In this document: in pieces, positions 19,901 to 29,669 of the stretch | How positions within the stretch are numbered: the stretch's first letter is position 1 | How the letters are laid out: every line of letters begins with the position of its first letter | Source: a virus | Strand: one strand, 5' to 3' | DNA: 64,000 bases | IMG/VR virus record: IMGVR_UViG_3300032257_000004 | Span: 27,317-91,316 of that record | The notes under the pieces: model-generated | The model's input: only the letters and a program-made list of their open reading frames with translations | Database searches by the model: none | What the model was told of the DNA's origin: nothing | Position numbers and translations under genes: made by a program

Positions 19901-22900
19901 ACATGATGTGGTCGTTGTCACTAGGGGCTTGAAATTGAATGTCCCCGCCCTGAATACCTGACTTACCAACGTAGAGGGGCACGTTTACAACGGCTACGTT
20001 TGCCACCTGTACACGTAGTTTGTCTTGCCCGTCAGCTTGGAAATCCATTCTACCGGCACTATGGAAGTCGATACCGGTGTCAGTATCGTCCAGAGCGAAC
20101 AGACCATTCTTCGTATAGACCTCAGTTCCGTAAGCCGCGAACAACGCTGTGCCTTCGACGGAAATGCGGTAGTCATCATTACCGTTCCAGAACGGACCCG
20201 TTTGCGTAGTCCCCGTAGCCAGACGCATAATAGGGACAGTTTCCGACCCACCGCCTGCGAGAATGAACCCGCCTGCGTTGTGTACTGTGCCTCCACCCAT
20301 GTTGAGACCGTGGCCGGAAGTCAGAACAATATCGGTGTCACCGATGTTGAACGCCTCGTGACCCGATTCATCGTACATAATCAGAGTGCCAGCATCATTT
20401 ATAATCAGTCGGTTGTTACCGCTCGTGTCTTTGAACTCAAGCTGGCCTTGACGGAACATATTGAACCGAATGTTGCCCTCGTGGTCCCGCATCGACAGCA
20501 TCCCGTCGTTGCCAAGCTGGCCGATAAAGGCGCTGTAGGAACCATCAGTCTTGGGTTTGAATTCGACTTCACCACCAACACTGGTATTCTTTCCACTGAT
20601 CGTGTGACGCCAGTAGGCAATGTCGTTTGCGTTACCGCTAGTGTCTGCGACGTTGGTGTCAATGTTATTGGTGAAACGGTTGCCGTGACCGACATAGCTT
20701 CCAGAACCACCTGCAATAAGGATTGCGTTGTTGACCGTATTATCGCCGTTAGCATCGCCAATGAATTGATTGTGATCGACAATCGTATGATCGGCATCTA
20801 CATAAAGATGTGTGACATTGCCAGTTTTGCCTGAAGGGATAGACTCGGTGACGAAGGTGTTACCAATGATGATACCTTCTTCAGTGTAGGCTGGGTCACC
20901 GTCATTGATGACGTTCAGACCAATGAAGGCTTGACCATTAAAGCTGGCTTCGACCGTTGCATCATTCCAGTAAGAGAAGCTGTTGCTATCTACGTGGAAC
21001 TGAGAATAACCATCGATCTGCATTGCCATAGATGCAGCGTTAATATGGTTATGGTGAACAACCAGTGAAGGCTGCGTAGTACCGGTCTTGGCCGTGGCGG
21101 TGATACCGATACGAGCGCGCACAATATTGGAATGACTGATATACTGACCTTCAGGGAAACCGAAGATGTTGACACCAATATTGCAATCACTGGCCGTCAA
21201 ATGGTCGATGTGGCCTTCAAGGCTTTGACCGTGTGAATTATCATCGGCGTCGATCTGAGTCGTGATGTCGATGGCCGTACCATCGTAGTAAACAGGTGAG
21301 CCGTGAGTTGCATCAGCGTTCGAACCAATGTACCGGATAGATTTCAAGTCGTAGTAAGCTACGTTCTTGAGCATGATACCTTTTTTGAAGTAGTTGCCGA
21401 CACCAGTACCGTAAATATTAATGTGTTCAGCGTAGACTCTGGACTCGTTAACGAACGCAATATTACGGTCGAACCAAATGGCTTCGCCCGTGTCGTCGTT
21501 ATTATAGATTTCATCCCCAGCTACAGGGCTATAAACACCTACGCTGCGAGGGTCGTAGTCTTCATTCGTTACGAAGAAGCGGCTAGTTGCTCCGTCATAG
21601 CTGGTGATCTGTGCAGTCCAAGTTCTATTAGCCCACGTCCCGTCAGTCGAAGTGAAGATCACATCATCTGCGCTGAAGTTACCGGTTTCATTGGTGACAG
21701 AGATACCAGTTTGGAGATCGGGCCAAGCGACCTTGATAGCCTCGTCCCAAACACCACTGGTAGTGATGGAGAAATCTTTGAATGCGGCACCAGCGTTGTA
21801 ACCGTTTACGTTATAAGGCTCCAAACAGAAGGCGGCGTCGGCTACACTGCCTTCGAACAGGAAGGTTGTGGAGTTCTGGCCCGAACCATAGAGCATGATA
21901 CTTTCGGGCAAGAAGACTACATCGTCAAACCGGTAGGTGCCGGGTGGAGCAAAGATAACCGCTTTAGCGCCGCTAGACGTGTAGAGTTCGTCCGCCACAT
22001 CCCTTATTCGGGCCAGCATGTCCTCGTAGTTGCCTTGGTTGACTGTAGCCGAATTCTCGGGCCGAATATCAAAGTCCCACAGGCTATAGACGCGAGAGAT
22101 TTCGGATACAGATTTGAAGAACATCCGGCCCGGAGACGACACGTCCTCAACCATCGGAACGTTTCTGCGGGAACCGGAATAGTTCAGCGGCGTATCAGTA
22201 AGGTGGGTAAACGTGTTCTCTTCACCTGCCGAACCGGTGGTGTCCCCACTATCTTCCAAGATGAACGAACCGCTACCTGTAGCGAGCAAGACGATTTCTC
22301 GACCTAGTTTGTCGGAGTCGGCAGCTTCAATGTCGCCTTCCGCATCGTAGACTTTCACTCTGAAATAGTGAGTTCCAGCGGTATAAGTAGCCTCGGTATC
22401 AGTTTGGTCGTAAACGTACTGGCTGAATGTATCGGAGTCTGGCACCGAAGTGTCGTTGTGATCAGACTTAGAGACGTTTTTAATTTGGTAGTAATCCGTC
22501 GCAGGCTCACCGAAGAGTGAAGCACCGGGGAAAGTATTAACATCGAACTGGTTGGCCGTCGCCCCAGCAGTCGCAACCTTGGTGTAATCACGATTGGCAA
22601 TCTTGGTAGCGTTTGCTGTCCACCACGCGTCGTTCTGACCATCAGGGTCGCTGGTGGTGTGCCAGATTTCGATAGTAATTGTGGCCGGGGGAGTATTGGA
22701 TTGAATCAGTACATCATATACGGCGTGGCGCGCGGCAACGCGAACGTCGTCAATGTCGTCATCCAAAGTAATCGTATAGAAGTCGAGGTTGTTGTTCAGC
22801 TTGCCAGTGATCTGCTTGGTGCTATAGTTCTGTTTCGAGAAAATCTGGCTGCGCAGATATTCGGGAATCTCGCCAGAACGAAGAATAATGTTTCCGACGT

Positions 22901-25900
22901 CATCCATAAGGGTGAACGAACGCATAGTAACGTGGCCGTTTTTGTCGACCGAGAACGGAGCTCCAGCGCCGAGGAAGCTACCTGCCCAAATGCGCCAGTC
23001 GTACGAAGAGTTGCCTGACAGGCCAACGAACGAATTCGCGTCAGAGCCAATCTTGATTTCACTTTCAGCGAAGATATGCGTACCAGTGATGGAATCTGCA
23101 ACAATGCCCTGACCGTCAATACGGGTTCCGCCTGCGGGAGTCCAGTCGGACAAGACCGTTTGGTTGGCAGTGGCCTTGGAGACCATCAGCCTGCGGAATT
23201 TGGCAACTTCGGTATTCTCAAGAGATAGACCATTTAATAGAATTCGCATCCGGACAGCGGTGGCCGGGACAGTAAACACTCCTCCCAGCCGATCCATGTT
23301 AGCCAGAGTGCCATCCGTGCTAGCAGTGGTGTTCGAATACGTGAAGTCCTCGCCTGACAGATATCCGCCCGCGTATGCGCTGTAGAATTGTACAACTAAT
23401 TGCGCGTTTCCGGCGTTGGTAGCCTGCGCATAAACGGAGGCTTCATACTTTTCGCCTGCCGTAACGTCGTAGTCGTGTCGGTTGGCTCCGGAAGCGTCGC
23501 CCGGTCCTGCATTGTCCGTTTGGTCAGCGGCGGTGGAAGTCAGGACCAAAGCCTGTTCACTGCCGAACGCAGTACCCTCGGCTGCGGATTCGAACGTCTT
23601 GGTTACGTTCGCATTGGTGCCAATTTTGATGCTGGAAAAGTCTGCGGAGAAATCCGAGTTTTGAACCAAATTACGGCTAAAGCCCACGTTCATAGCGGCG
23701 GCGGAGACTGTACCGGCTACCAAAAGGTTGCCATCTATTTCAACATTAGTGGCGTCCATCCGAATCTTGGTGCCAGTAACTTGGAATACTGGAAGATTGG
23801 CAGCGGCGTTGGAATTCCAAATGGAGAAGTCGTCGGCTTGGAAACCGATTTCCGACATCAGGGCACCGTCGCCCCCGGCGCGCGAAGTCAACCAAGCGCG
23901 AGCAACGGTATTCGCATTTCCGGTCCCGGCCTGAGTCTGGAGCATAATGGTGGCGGTGGATGTTCCGCCATCGAACAGAGCCTCTTGGAAGATATCTGCC
24001 CGAGCCTTGGTCTCAGAATAGGACAAATCGCCGTACGCCACAAACGCGGATTTGTGGATTCGCCACTTGTCGTTGGTAGTTTGGTCGGAAGAATCAGCTG
24101 GGGCGATCCACCATACAGTGGGATCAGCAGTCCCCCAAGCCACGGCTCCGGCATCGGTCGACCCCTCCAGATCGAACACGAACGTGTACATTTTGCCGGT
24201 TTCGTAATAGGCGTTTTCGTTTTTATTGACGGCATGCAACCATGCACCACCGTTGTTGGTGCCGGAGCGCCAGTTGAATTCCGGGGTGACGGGAATATCC
24301 GCTTGTCCACTCACGAATTCCATCACGACTACTGCGTACCGAACCCTCTCCCAGTCGACAGCGGCTTGTTGATCGGCGGAAAGGGCCCAACCAGCGTAGA
24401 TTTGTCCAGTGTCGGCAGTGGCGGTGATCTCGATCCCATTATTGGCCAGAGCAGTAGTTACTGACGCCTTGGACGTGGCGTCTCCAGAACCGGTTCCGTC
24501 GTTCCACTGCCAGACAAGATCGGGGTGAACGTCTGTCAGGTTCGGCAAGACAGCGCCTGCTTCAACAGTATCTAGGCGATACGCGAGTGCAGTATCGCCA
24601 TTTTGGCGACCCAAAATCTCTTGCGCGATTCGGGCGTATACAGAACCTCCGGCATCGGCGGTGTCACCAGCATCGCCCACCAGAATTTCGGTGTTGGAAA
24701 CTCTTTGCTCAAGCGGAGCGTTTACTCCGACCAGCGAGCGCATCGAATCGATTCCGCCAGAGACGCTTTCCTTTGTCCCAACGGCCAGCAGCACGTCTGT
24801 ATTGGCCGGAGTAAACGCAACCCCCGCCGTGTTGGTGTTGTCGTGAGCGTACCATTGGTCATTAACGTCGTCGTAGGTTACTACACCCACGTATGCATTG
24901 CCGGTGGCCGGGTCAGTCAGACCCCCGCCAAATCTCGAACTCCAATCGGAATTGGAGTACATGATATAGAAGCGCTCGCCCCGTGGAACAGTCGAACCCT
25001 CCCATGGGGTGAGGATGTTGAAGGGAGTGTGGAAAATCTGGCCATTAGTACCAGTTTCGTCGATTCGGCCAAGAGTCGGGTGGTTGAACCAACCATCGCC
25101 GCCATCGTCTACACCATTCGATACTCGAATCTCTCCGTCGTCCGCCCCAGTAGTGAGTTCGTTCTTGTGGAAATAAGCGTCGCCATTTACACCGCCAGAG
25201 ATGCCGGGGGGAATGACGGATTTACCGATTTCCATCACCCGGTTGATTTCGTCTTGGACCGTACCTGCAAGTTTGGTCAGAGTGATTGAACCATCGGGAA
25301 TGTCGTCGATCGGTTCCAGAGTGGTAATGCTGCCCTCGTCCGAAGCCACCAGCCCATCAGTTCCGAATTCGTCGTACACCGCGTACTTGTAGTAATAGGT
25401 CGTGTCGGCGCTGGCGCTAAACGAGGGTTTGCCGGGGCCCTTAAAAACGACATTTCCATCGGTGGTAGAAACGCTGGGGGAAGTGTCCGCCCAAACAATC
25501 ATTCCCCGGAAGTCGGGGTCGTTAGGCTCCAGATAATCGAAGTAAATTTCGCGATACGACGCCGTAATGGTTACGTCTGGAAGGGCGGGTTTAGTATTCG
25601 TTACAGTCAGCGATTCGGTTCGACCAACTTCGTTGTACCGATTTACATACGACACTTCCACTTCGAAAGATCGAAGGGGTGCGCCATTGTTGTCGTCGAA
25701 ATTGTTTTCGTACGTATAAGTATAGAAGTTGTCAGTAACGAATTCTCGACGGAGCAGATTTCCGTTTCCATCCCGGACGTCCACTTGGTAGTGTTGAAAC
25801 AGAGGGTCCGTGGAGGACGAATCCCCACCGAAGCGTTCGGCACCGGGGCTCTGCGCCATTCCGGAGGCTCTGCGCCACGTGAACACCGCGTCCTTGCCCT

Positions 25901-28172
25901 CGAATTCCGTGTTGTTGCCCTGTTCGAACAACTCCAGACCGCTGACCGATGGGGCGGGAATAGGGGAGGTAGATTCGACCGTGATCGTGCCCTCGACCGG
26001 AGTGGAGGACAAAACTCCAAACACGTTCCGGGCGTACACCCGAACGGTATAGGTGTCCGCGTATGGGAAATCGATACGAGCGCTATTGGAGACCGTAGTT
26101 CCCAACTCTTTCCACTCGGGATCGCCAGTTCGGCTGTAAGTGATGAAATACCGGTCAATGTACCGATCGTCGGACTGCGACCAGCCAATGTCGATATAGT
26201 CGTCCACCGCTTGGGGGCTAATTACTTCGATCTGGCGCGAAAGCGAAATAGTGGACGGAGGGTCCATCTTGTTCATCGCGGGGAGTTTGGTGTAACTCTC
26301 GACCGGGAAGTCGATGCCCTCTTCTACCGACGCGAATTTGTCGTTGTTGTATTCGAGAGCAGTGACTTCGTAGCACTTGACTTCGTTGACTTCAACTTCG
26401 CGGATGGACAGAACCCGGTACTGCGGTAGAGTAACGTCCGTGCCAAGAATAGCGAAAGCCTCACCAACAAGCGGAGTTCTACTAGGAGAGCCCAACATCA
26501 CTACGGTGTCAGTCGAAGTAGTTCCCGGATTGGTCAGATTCACCAGTTCTGGAGCGCCCGATGCGTCGAGTACAGAGATTTGGTAAGTTTCGCCAGCGTC
26601 GAAATCGTAAGCTTTGTCCAGCGTCAGAGTGGAACCCGAAACGCCTGCAATCCGGCCAGCGTTGCGAACACCTAGTCTTTCAGGGTCCGACAAACGGATG
26701 ACCGAACCGGGACGGACGTTCAGGTGGTCAGCGTGGCAGACGTACGAGACCGTTTCGGTTTCGTTGAGTTCGGAATAAATGATCCAGCGAGCGGCCCGGT
26801 GAGCCATTGCTCTGGAGGTACAACCGTGGAGAACAACGTCTTTGCGACGATAACCCAGCGTGGCGATGCCGACACGGTCCTCTACTACTTCGACTGCGGG
26901 CCGACCAAAATTGTTGGGGTCGGTCCAAGTGACGAACACAGCAGTGTGGCGCGCTTTTTTAGCCGATTTCTGGTATCGGAACATCCCGCCGATAACGCGG
27001 GTCTGGTTGACTTCGATCTCCGGAGATTTCGGGCTATCCTGAATCAGAGTGACCGAACCCGAACCCCAGTACATCATACCACGGAAGGTGGAGGCCAGAA
27101 CGTTCAGAACTTCCCAAGCTTCCCTCTGCTCCTGAATTACGCCTTTAAACGTAAACCGGGGTTCAGTTCCGCCTTGTCCATCGTCCACGTTTCCGTCGCA
27201 ATAGACGCCGATATTGTACACGGCCCATTTGTCGACATTCGATATACCCAGTTCTTCGCCCAAGCCGTATCGATCGTGAGTCGCTAGATCGAACCAAATC
27301 CACGCGGGGTTGGAAGTGATGGCCTCGATGAAAGTACCATCCCATATGCCGGTATAAACCCGAGTCGCAGCGTCGTAGTTGCTTGGGACCTTAACTTTCC
27401 GGCCCTTCAGGCGATACGCGCGCTTTGGTGGCTGCGAACCAAACTGCTGCGCGTCAATTTCGATACCAATGAGGGCGGAATCCGGGTATGAAAACTTGGA
27501 CTCGTTGATGGCAGTGTACGAAGACCATATCGTGCCATTCTGGATGTCGATGGTCTCCGAATCCGGAGTAATACGTTGGACTTCGAGCGTGTAAGTGTCC
27601 GTCCCCGGAAGTTCCAAATAGTAGGAGCGTTCGTAGGGGGATGTGGTTTTGCCGGATATCGTGACGGTCTGTTCGGTGATGACGGAGCCACCGGGATTGG
27701 TTTTCCAAATGAATTTAAGGGAAACCGTGGTGCCCGTGATAACTTGCTCTTCCTGCTTAACGTGCTGGAGACCGGTAACTTTAATTGCGAGACGCAGGGC
27801 GTCCATTGTCGATCCATCGATCGATCGAGTGACAGGAATCGCGGCTTTGACTTCAGCCCCAACCGCGATGGTAGCTTCGGCCTCAGAGAATCCCGGAATA
27901 GAGGTCTGATCGGGCAGACCCTCTCTAGTTACCCACCTGAAGCCTTGGAAGTTGTACGAATCGTCGGAATTCTGGAGCGGAACTTCATTCAAGTAAATAG
28001 ACTTGGCACCATCGACCAGACCGCCGATTTCGCCTTCCGACACAAGGTCGATAATCTTTGCTTTGGACGTTGACCGAAGAGTGTTCGGGGCCTCTCGGAC
28101 CCCACCCTCTCCGGTGCTGCCTTTGCCTTTGCGGCCAGTAAGTAAGTCGAGGTCTGGATATTGATCTCTCAC
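13980..28172 (-). CDS. giant tail tip protein: gpJ-like N-terminus, FN3-like region, beta-helix (depolymerase-like), fibre repeats, C-terminal S74 chaperone
   Basis: LRSTSKAKIIDLVSEGEIGGL (gpJ-like); VIFAPPGTYRF..LYGSG (pectate-lyase-like helix start); repeats HTHTIANVTGLQTALDGK and GNFTPGNYLPLAGGTMTG; SDRRVKGNIE. Confidence 0.9.
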   Translation of the reverse strand: MRDQYPDLDLLTGRKGKGSTGEGGVREAPNTLRSTSKAKIIDLVSEGEIGGLVDGAKSIYLNEVPLQNSDDSYNFQGFRWVTREGLPDQTSIPGFSEAEATIAVGAEVKAAIPVTRSIDGSTMDALRLAIKVTGLQHVKQEEQVITGTTVSLKFIWKTNPGGSVITEQTVTISGKTTSPYERSYYLELPGTDTYTLEVQRITPDSETIDIQNGTIWSSYTAINESKFSYPDSALIGIEIDAQQFGSQPPKRAYRLKGRKVKVPSNYDAATRVYTGIWDGTFIEAITSNPAWIWFDLATHDRYGLGEELGISNVDKWAVYNIGVYCDGNVDDGQGGTEPRFTFKGVIQEQREAWEVLNVLASTFRGMMYWGSGSVTLIQDSPKSPEIEVNQTRVIGGMFRYQKSAKKARHTAVFVTWTDPNNFGRPAVEVVEDRVGIATLGYRRKDVVLHGCTSRAMAHRAARWIIYSELNETETVSYVCHADHLNVRPGSVIRLSDPERLGVRNAGRIAGVSGSTLTLDKAYDFDAGETYQISVLDASGAPELVNLTNPGTTSTDTVVMLGSPSRTPLVGEAFAILGTDVTLPQYRVLSIREVEVNEVKCYEVTALEYNNDKFASVEEGIDFPVESYTKLPAMNKMDPPSTISLSRQIEVISPQAVDDYIDIGWSQSDDRYIDRYFITYSRTGDPEWKELGTTVSNSARIDFPYADTYTVRVYARNVFGVLSSTPVEGTITVESTSPIPAPSVSGLELFEQGNNTEFEGKDAVFTWRRASGMAQSPGAERFGGDSSSTDPLFQHYQVDVRDGNGNLLRREFVTDNFYTYTYENNFDDNNGAPLRSFEVEVSYVNRYNEVGRTESLTVTNTKPALPDVTITASYREIYFDYLEPNDPDFRGMIVWADTSPSVSTTDGNVVFKGPGKPSFSASADTTYYYKYAVYDEFGTDGLVASDEGSITTLEPIDDIPDGSITLTKLAGTVQDEINRVMEIGKSVIPPGISGGVNGDAYFHKNELTTGADDGEIRVSNGVDDGGDGWFNHPTLGRIDETGTNGQIFHTPFNILTPWEGSTVPRGERFYIMYSNSDWSSRFGGGLTDPATGNAYVGVVTYDDVNDQWYAHDNTNTAGVAFTPANTDVLLAVGTKESVSGGIDSMRSLVGVNAPLEQRVSNTEILVGDAGDTADAGGSVYARIAQEILGRQNGDTALAYRLDTVEAGAVLPNLTDVHPDLVWQWNDGTGSGDATSKASVTTALANNGIEITATADTGQIYAGWALSADQQAAVDWERVRYAVVVMEFVSGQADIPVTPEFNWRSGTNNGGAWLHAVNKNENAYYETGKMYTFVFDLEGSTDAGAVAWGTADPTVWWIAPADSSDQTTNDKWRIHKSAFVAYGDLSYSETKARADIFQEALFDGGTSTATIMLQTQAGTGNANTVARAWLTSRAGGDGALMSEIGFQADDFSIWNSNAAANLPVFQVTGTKIRMDATNVEIDGNLLVAGTVSAAAMNVGFSRNLVQNSDFSADFSSIKIGTNANVTKTFESAAEGTAFGSEQALVLTSTAADQTDNAGPGDASGANRHDYDVTAGEKYEASVYAQATNAGNAQLVVQFYSAYAGGYLSGEDFTYSNTTASTDGTLANMDRLGGVFTVPATAVRMRILLNGLSLENTEVAKFRRLMVSKATANQTVLSDWTPAGGTRIDGQGIVADSITGTHIFAESEIKIGSDANSFVGLSGNSSYDWRIWAGSFLGAGAPFSVDKNGHVTMRSFTLMDDVGNIILRSGEIPEYLRSQIFSKQNYSTKQITGKLNNNLDFYTITLDDDIDDVRVAARHAVYDVLIQSNTPPATITIEIWHTTSDPDGQNDAWWTANATKIANRDYTKVATAGATANQFDVNTFPGASLFGEPATDYYQIKNVSKSDHNDTSVPDSDTFSQYVYDQTDTEATYTAGTHYFRVKVYDAEGDIEAADSDKLGREIVLLATGSGSFILEDSGDTTGSAGEENTFTHLTDTPLNYSGSRRNVPMVEDVSSPGRMFFKSVSEISRVYSLWDFDIRPENSATVNQGNYEDMLARIRDVADELYTSSGAKAVIFAPPGTYRFDDVVFLPESIMLYGSGQNSTTFLFEGSVADAAFCLEPYNVNGYNAGAAFKDFSITTSGVWDEAIKVAWPDLQTGISVTNETGNFSADDVIFTSTDGTWANRTWTAQITSYDGATSRFFVTNEDYDPRSVGVYSPVAGDEIYNNDDTGEAIWFDRNIAFVNESRVYAEHINIYGTGVGNYFKKGIMLKNVAYYDLKSIRYIGSNADATHGSPVYYDGTAIDITTQIDADDNSHGQSLEGHIDHLTASDCNIGVNIFGFPEGQYISHSNIVRARIGITATAKTGTTQPSLVVHHNHINAASMAMQIDGYSQFHVDSNSFSYWNDATVEASFNGQAFIGLNVINDGDPAYTEEGIIIGNTFVTESIPSGKTGNVTHLYVDADHTIVDHNQFIGDANGDNTVNNAILIAGGSGSYVGHGNRFTNNIDTNVADTSGNANDIAYWRHTISGKNTSVGGEVEFKPKTDGSYSAFIGQLGNDGMLSMRDHEGNIRFNMFRQGQLEFKDTSGNNRLIINDAGTLIMYDESGHEAFNIGDTDIVLTSGHGLNMGGGTVHNAGGFILAGGGSETVPIMRLATGTTQTGPFWNGNDDYRISVEGTALFAAYGTEVYTKNGLFALDDTDTGIDFHSAGRMDFQADGQDKLRVQVANVAVVNVPLYVGKSGIQGGDIQFQAPSDNDHIMYLRHSNNGQFAVQSYDAGDVDFEFDYHIIANRSSSVNLYYNNVDVAATHSGGLEALTSFVVRGTSSQLYEDNLQLGPGIFAVRDSDTQGRLIADGGTALTWTDAGGTLTGAWNVTSSLTVGGTAVSVAGHTHTIANVTGLQTALDGKVALAGDTMTGTLVAPTVNLTSTSSLQYSGANRIKFGASLTQFVNSSIYAARISGAGAQIQLQGPSGAYVGYLNHAANGQIAIQSYDGSAIETMANFYQGGGVDLFYDTAIKLSTTSAGGTLTGTWNATTALTVGGTAVSLAGHAHAISDVTGLQTALDGKAASSHTHTIANVTGLQTALDGKSDTGHTHSYLPLAGGIMSGVLDMDGQRIDLDADNDTYIYSSADDTINFYAGTVENMIINANVVRARYAGVDRLITAIDGTTVNSIGTYGARIILENQSGTRTWGLVSPIGADQFVLQDIITAKNYLAANKNGSTAIYYDGGIRAETTSAGGTLTGTWNATTNLQIGGASVATQTWVSSQGYTTGGPFLPLTGGTLTGRLVVDGGTSNGLSGDGGGVYIQVNDQDFCVWDSTDGVTNIIWRDHSAGLLYLGTADAIVTLRSDFDLNGNRIVGMGTSTWHTDDDTDGRLQFVLNGDNLYAGAASGAGHEFYAHDGTADHIRLDPANFRIYPSGADSNTYWERHVADAQRWIAGGNVNLSIDANRVYLQYQGNVIAQTYSDRLQLMETASVGGKIRFEGHGTNTDWTIVAQPDPANQLAFTNLLGSGASYLMFDDDIQTTYLYGGNSVRIAANSAGVVGYGAWTFDSNVTCNGQINVANHLNSRMLGMIWADMSSDAGGYGVFGGNLYANWDGAAVSYRTSLTHASVGYGALRFGYGNAQVATFSGATTAGATVTPTWNTLWHSGNFTPGNYLPLTGGTMTGVLTASAGAKIVVQNGTDGGSTRGLFMWTSADTNWGIYMAQSGSGKALNGGYAPTSLDGQTYHHIRFRVANNNSQGFIWENGGDTTLMSLSGSSGVLRAKSEIYANATNLVWHAGNFTPGNYLPLAGGTLTGALNATSGISLFYTTTGQTIEAATGQIATQLQIYQPTSGTDALMCFHVAGNYAAYFGLDGSRNDFVVGGWSMGTTSYKIFHEGNFTPGNYLPLAGGTMTGALINTNSNSRFAGLSIGADTDIYLYEGSPNDFVVRTGASGSNKYFTFTGGGDFLFEGHIRMSNADPYIKRTVNDGYLVLSGGSGWTETSSTVVLRGISTGTNPGGIEFNGGNGGAGEAIFNTFARVKINGSTSIDHTIWHTDTNGADRTYYISGGQTYFKAPNGLFYYRRGDDTDGIVLDAANAAIYPNWSSDSNTYLRWGGADIIDLVTGGYINFTVDANRAYLKYQSTTVAQTVADALKLMRTGSLGGKLSIQGFTSQDDWTLAAQGSGSNLLSLVNATTTKIAWQALTAGPVQIFSGDNAVANITSASNGAVIGGANRSMQVGEYGASYTGLMTTGGVYRLVFDSTLADTTTYLTGQNGVRILANNGDHTDRFDVAPDIQVHRVDDVEIGMWQPSALTVRRDYAGTTQVLVQNAATGGAGQAIIYGGSIYIQHIAYQSGSAYMQSNASSALYMGGTGAATIYLRQNGATRLTINSTTSTFSTDLTVDGGARIGTTVGQYGALLTARGASAGDAFEWGHGNTAGYGSVLGYESGTGRPFIGFSAGHGTSTASSYRTFGLKGSVLRGNLAGGFEFCSVDTTTADNQTATVRATINTSGLIIPTGKYVISDYLWAAVNNATGFNLATAHQITATCNSTDVMLLSTSGITALPVGSTGGSIILEGESGQSDWLWAQNNSQCTIGNETDLCILMRENSGNSDVLLYFNNLKKFQTTTSGITVTGTVNETSDRRVKGNIEDITNGMDFIRSLNPRKYFNFLTQSYEEGFVAQEIEKVGPWLVQNPTEPDDYMTMNYKGLIAPMVKAIQEKDDEIQDLKSEVDQLKAQIAMIKKAVGLD

Positions 28173-28909
28173 CGCAAATACCTATCTATATCTTGGAGCA
28201 GCGTTCCACCGCCAACTTGCGAACCACCACCCGGCCCGCTTGAGTAACCGCCGCCACCGCCGTAAGTTCCGGAACCGATGGCGATATCTTCAATGACGAT
28301 GGATGTGTGAACAACTACCGAGCCAGCCCAAACGTCGTCGCCATAAACCACTGGGATAACTGTGCCTTGTTCGGCCCGGTTTTCGGGACCATTGAACATG
28401 AACGACGACTGCTCTTCTCGGTCGCCGTAGTTGCCGACCTCGGGGGTGGGAGTCATCATCATAGCAACGCCGCCCAGTGCCAACGAAGCTCCAAACATGG
28501 CGATGTGCCCGAACGTCACTCCTGTACCGAATACAGAAAACGCCGTCTGAGCCAGACCCTTCATCAGGCCAATACCGACCGTCTGCATGCCGGGGATAAT
28601 GAGGGTAGCGCCAATCAGGGCGATGCCAAGCAGAACCTTGCCCACGCCCTTTTTACCACCGGATAGTTCGGGAATAATGTGAAGCTGTTTTGTTCGGCCC
28701 AAGCCGATAGCCATCATTGGAAGTGTTTGGTCGAATCCGGTCTCGATATCGCCCTTACGAATTCGGTAAAGACCTTCGCGCAGGTGGTTTTCAAAACCCT
28801 TCAGTTGGGAACACAAGGCTCTAATAGCCTCGGAGGGAGACTCTACGTGGAAGTTGAACGGGCCACCAAACTCATTGGCCAATTCCCCGTGAAGAACGAT
28901 TTCCGTCAT
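28169..28909 (-). CDS. tail assembly protein I (lambda gpI-like)
   Basis: IVLHGELA..FG, EAIRALCSQL, QGTVIPVVYG. Confidence 0.85.
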   Translation of the reverse strand: MTEIVLHGELANEFGGPFNFHVESPSEAIRALCSQLKGFENHLREGLYRIRKGDIETGFDQTLPMMAIGLGRTKQLHIIPELSGGKKGVGKVLLGIALIGATLIIPGMQTVGIGLMKGLAQTAFSVFGTGVTFGHIAMFGASLALGGVAMMMTPTPEVGNYGDREEQSSFMFNGPENRAEQGTVIPVVYGDDVWAGSVVVHTSIVIEDIAIGSGTYGGGGGYSSGPGGGSQVGGGTLLQDIDRYLR

Positions 28910-29669
28910 ATCTCAACCAGTGCGTTACGTATCGATTCCAAGGTCCTAGTGCAGTTTTGCAACTCAAACGTCCAACGTAGTGTTGAAGAACCACTCCGTT
29001 CCCTAGATAGATGCCTCCGTGGTTCGGGACATCAGACCGTATTTGGGAAAGAAATACGTCGCCTCTCTTTACGTCTTTCGCCTCAATCGGGACGAACCCA
29101 GCTTTAGAAATCCCATCTCTATACAGGTCTTTCTCCAGCCACCATTCCCAGTCTCTAGGGAACTCCGGTAGTATAACACATTCTTCAATCTCATAGAAGT
29201 CCCTGATGATAGCGTAGCAGTCCCCCATTCCATCCGACCCTGAGGGGCCGTGGCGAAACTCTCTGCCTTCAAGGGGTGGGGTTGCGATATCGGGACCCCA
29301 ATAAACGACATCACGGCAATAACCGGGCGTCACGTTGGCCACTCCAAACGTCTTGTCAAACGCCTTTTGGGTTTTCATGTCGTGTTCAGATATATAGAGT
29401 TCTGGTTGATCGGGGTGGCTGTGCACGAATGCGACGCACTGGAACATAAATCGATCCACATCGGCTTGGGACACGACAAATTCGTTATAAGGGTCCTCGT
29501 GAATGTTCTCCACGATCTCGACACTGCCGTCTGGCATAACGAAGGCGCACCCCTCATGGGGGTACACATTCAGAAAGTGTTGTTTTAGCTGGTCCTGAAC
29601 CTTAGAACCGGTTAAGAGCAACTGCTGGGAAGAAATAACCGGGGAGGTCTTGGTCTGGGAATCGGGCAT
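28872..29669 (-). CDS. tail assembly protein K (JAB/MPN plus NlpC/P60)
   Basis: PHEGCAF..FVHSHP; DCYAIIRD..NHGGIYLG. Confidence 0.88.
   Translation of the reverse strand: MPDSQTKTSPVISSQQLLLTGSKVQDQLKQHFLNVYPHEGCAFVMPDGSVEIVENIHEDPYNEFVVSQADVDRFMFQCVAFVHSHPDQPELYISEHDMKTQKAFDKTFGVANVTPGYCRDVVYWGPDIATPPLEGREFRHGPSGSDGMGDCYAIIRDFYEIEECVILPEFPRDWEWWLEKDLYRDGISKAGFVPIEAKDVKRGDVFLSQIRSDVPNHGGIYLGNGVVLQHYVGRLSCKTALGPWNRYVTHWLRYDGNRSSRGIGQ

Noticed and set aside
14363-28073. Many + strand and alternate-frame ORFs within the giant tail gene (likewise within the tape measure and head genes)
   Set aside because: Shadow ORFs from codon bias; no RBS or recognisable domains.
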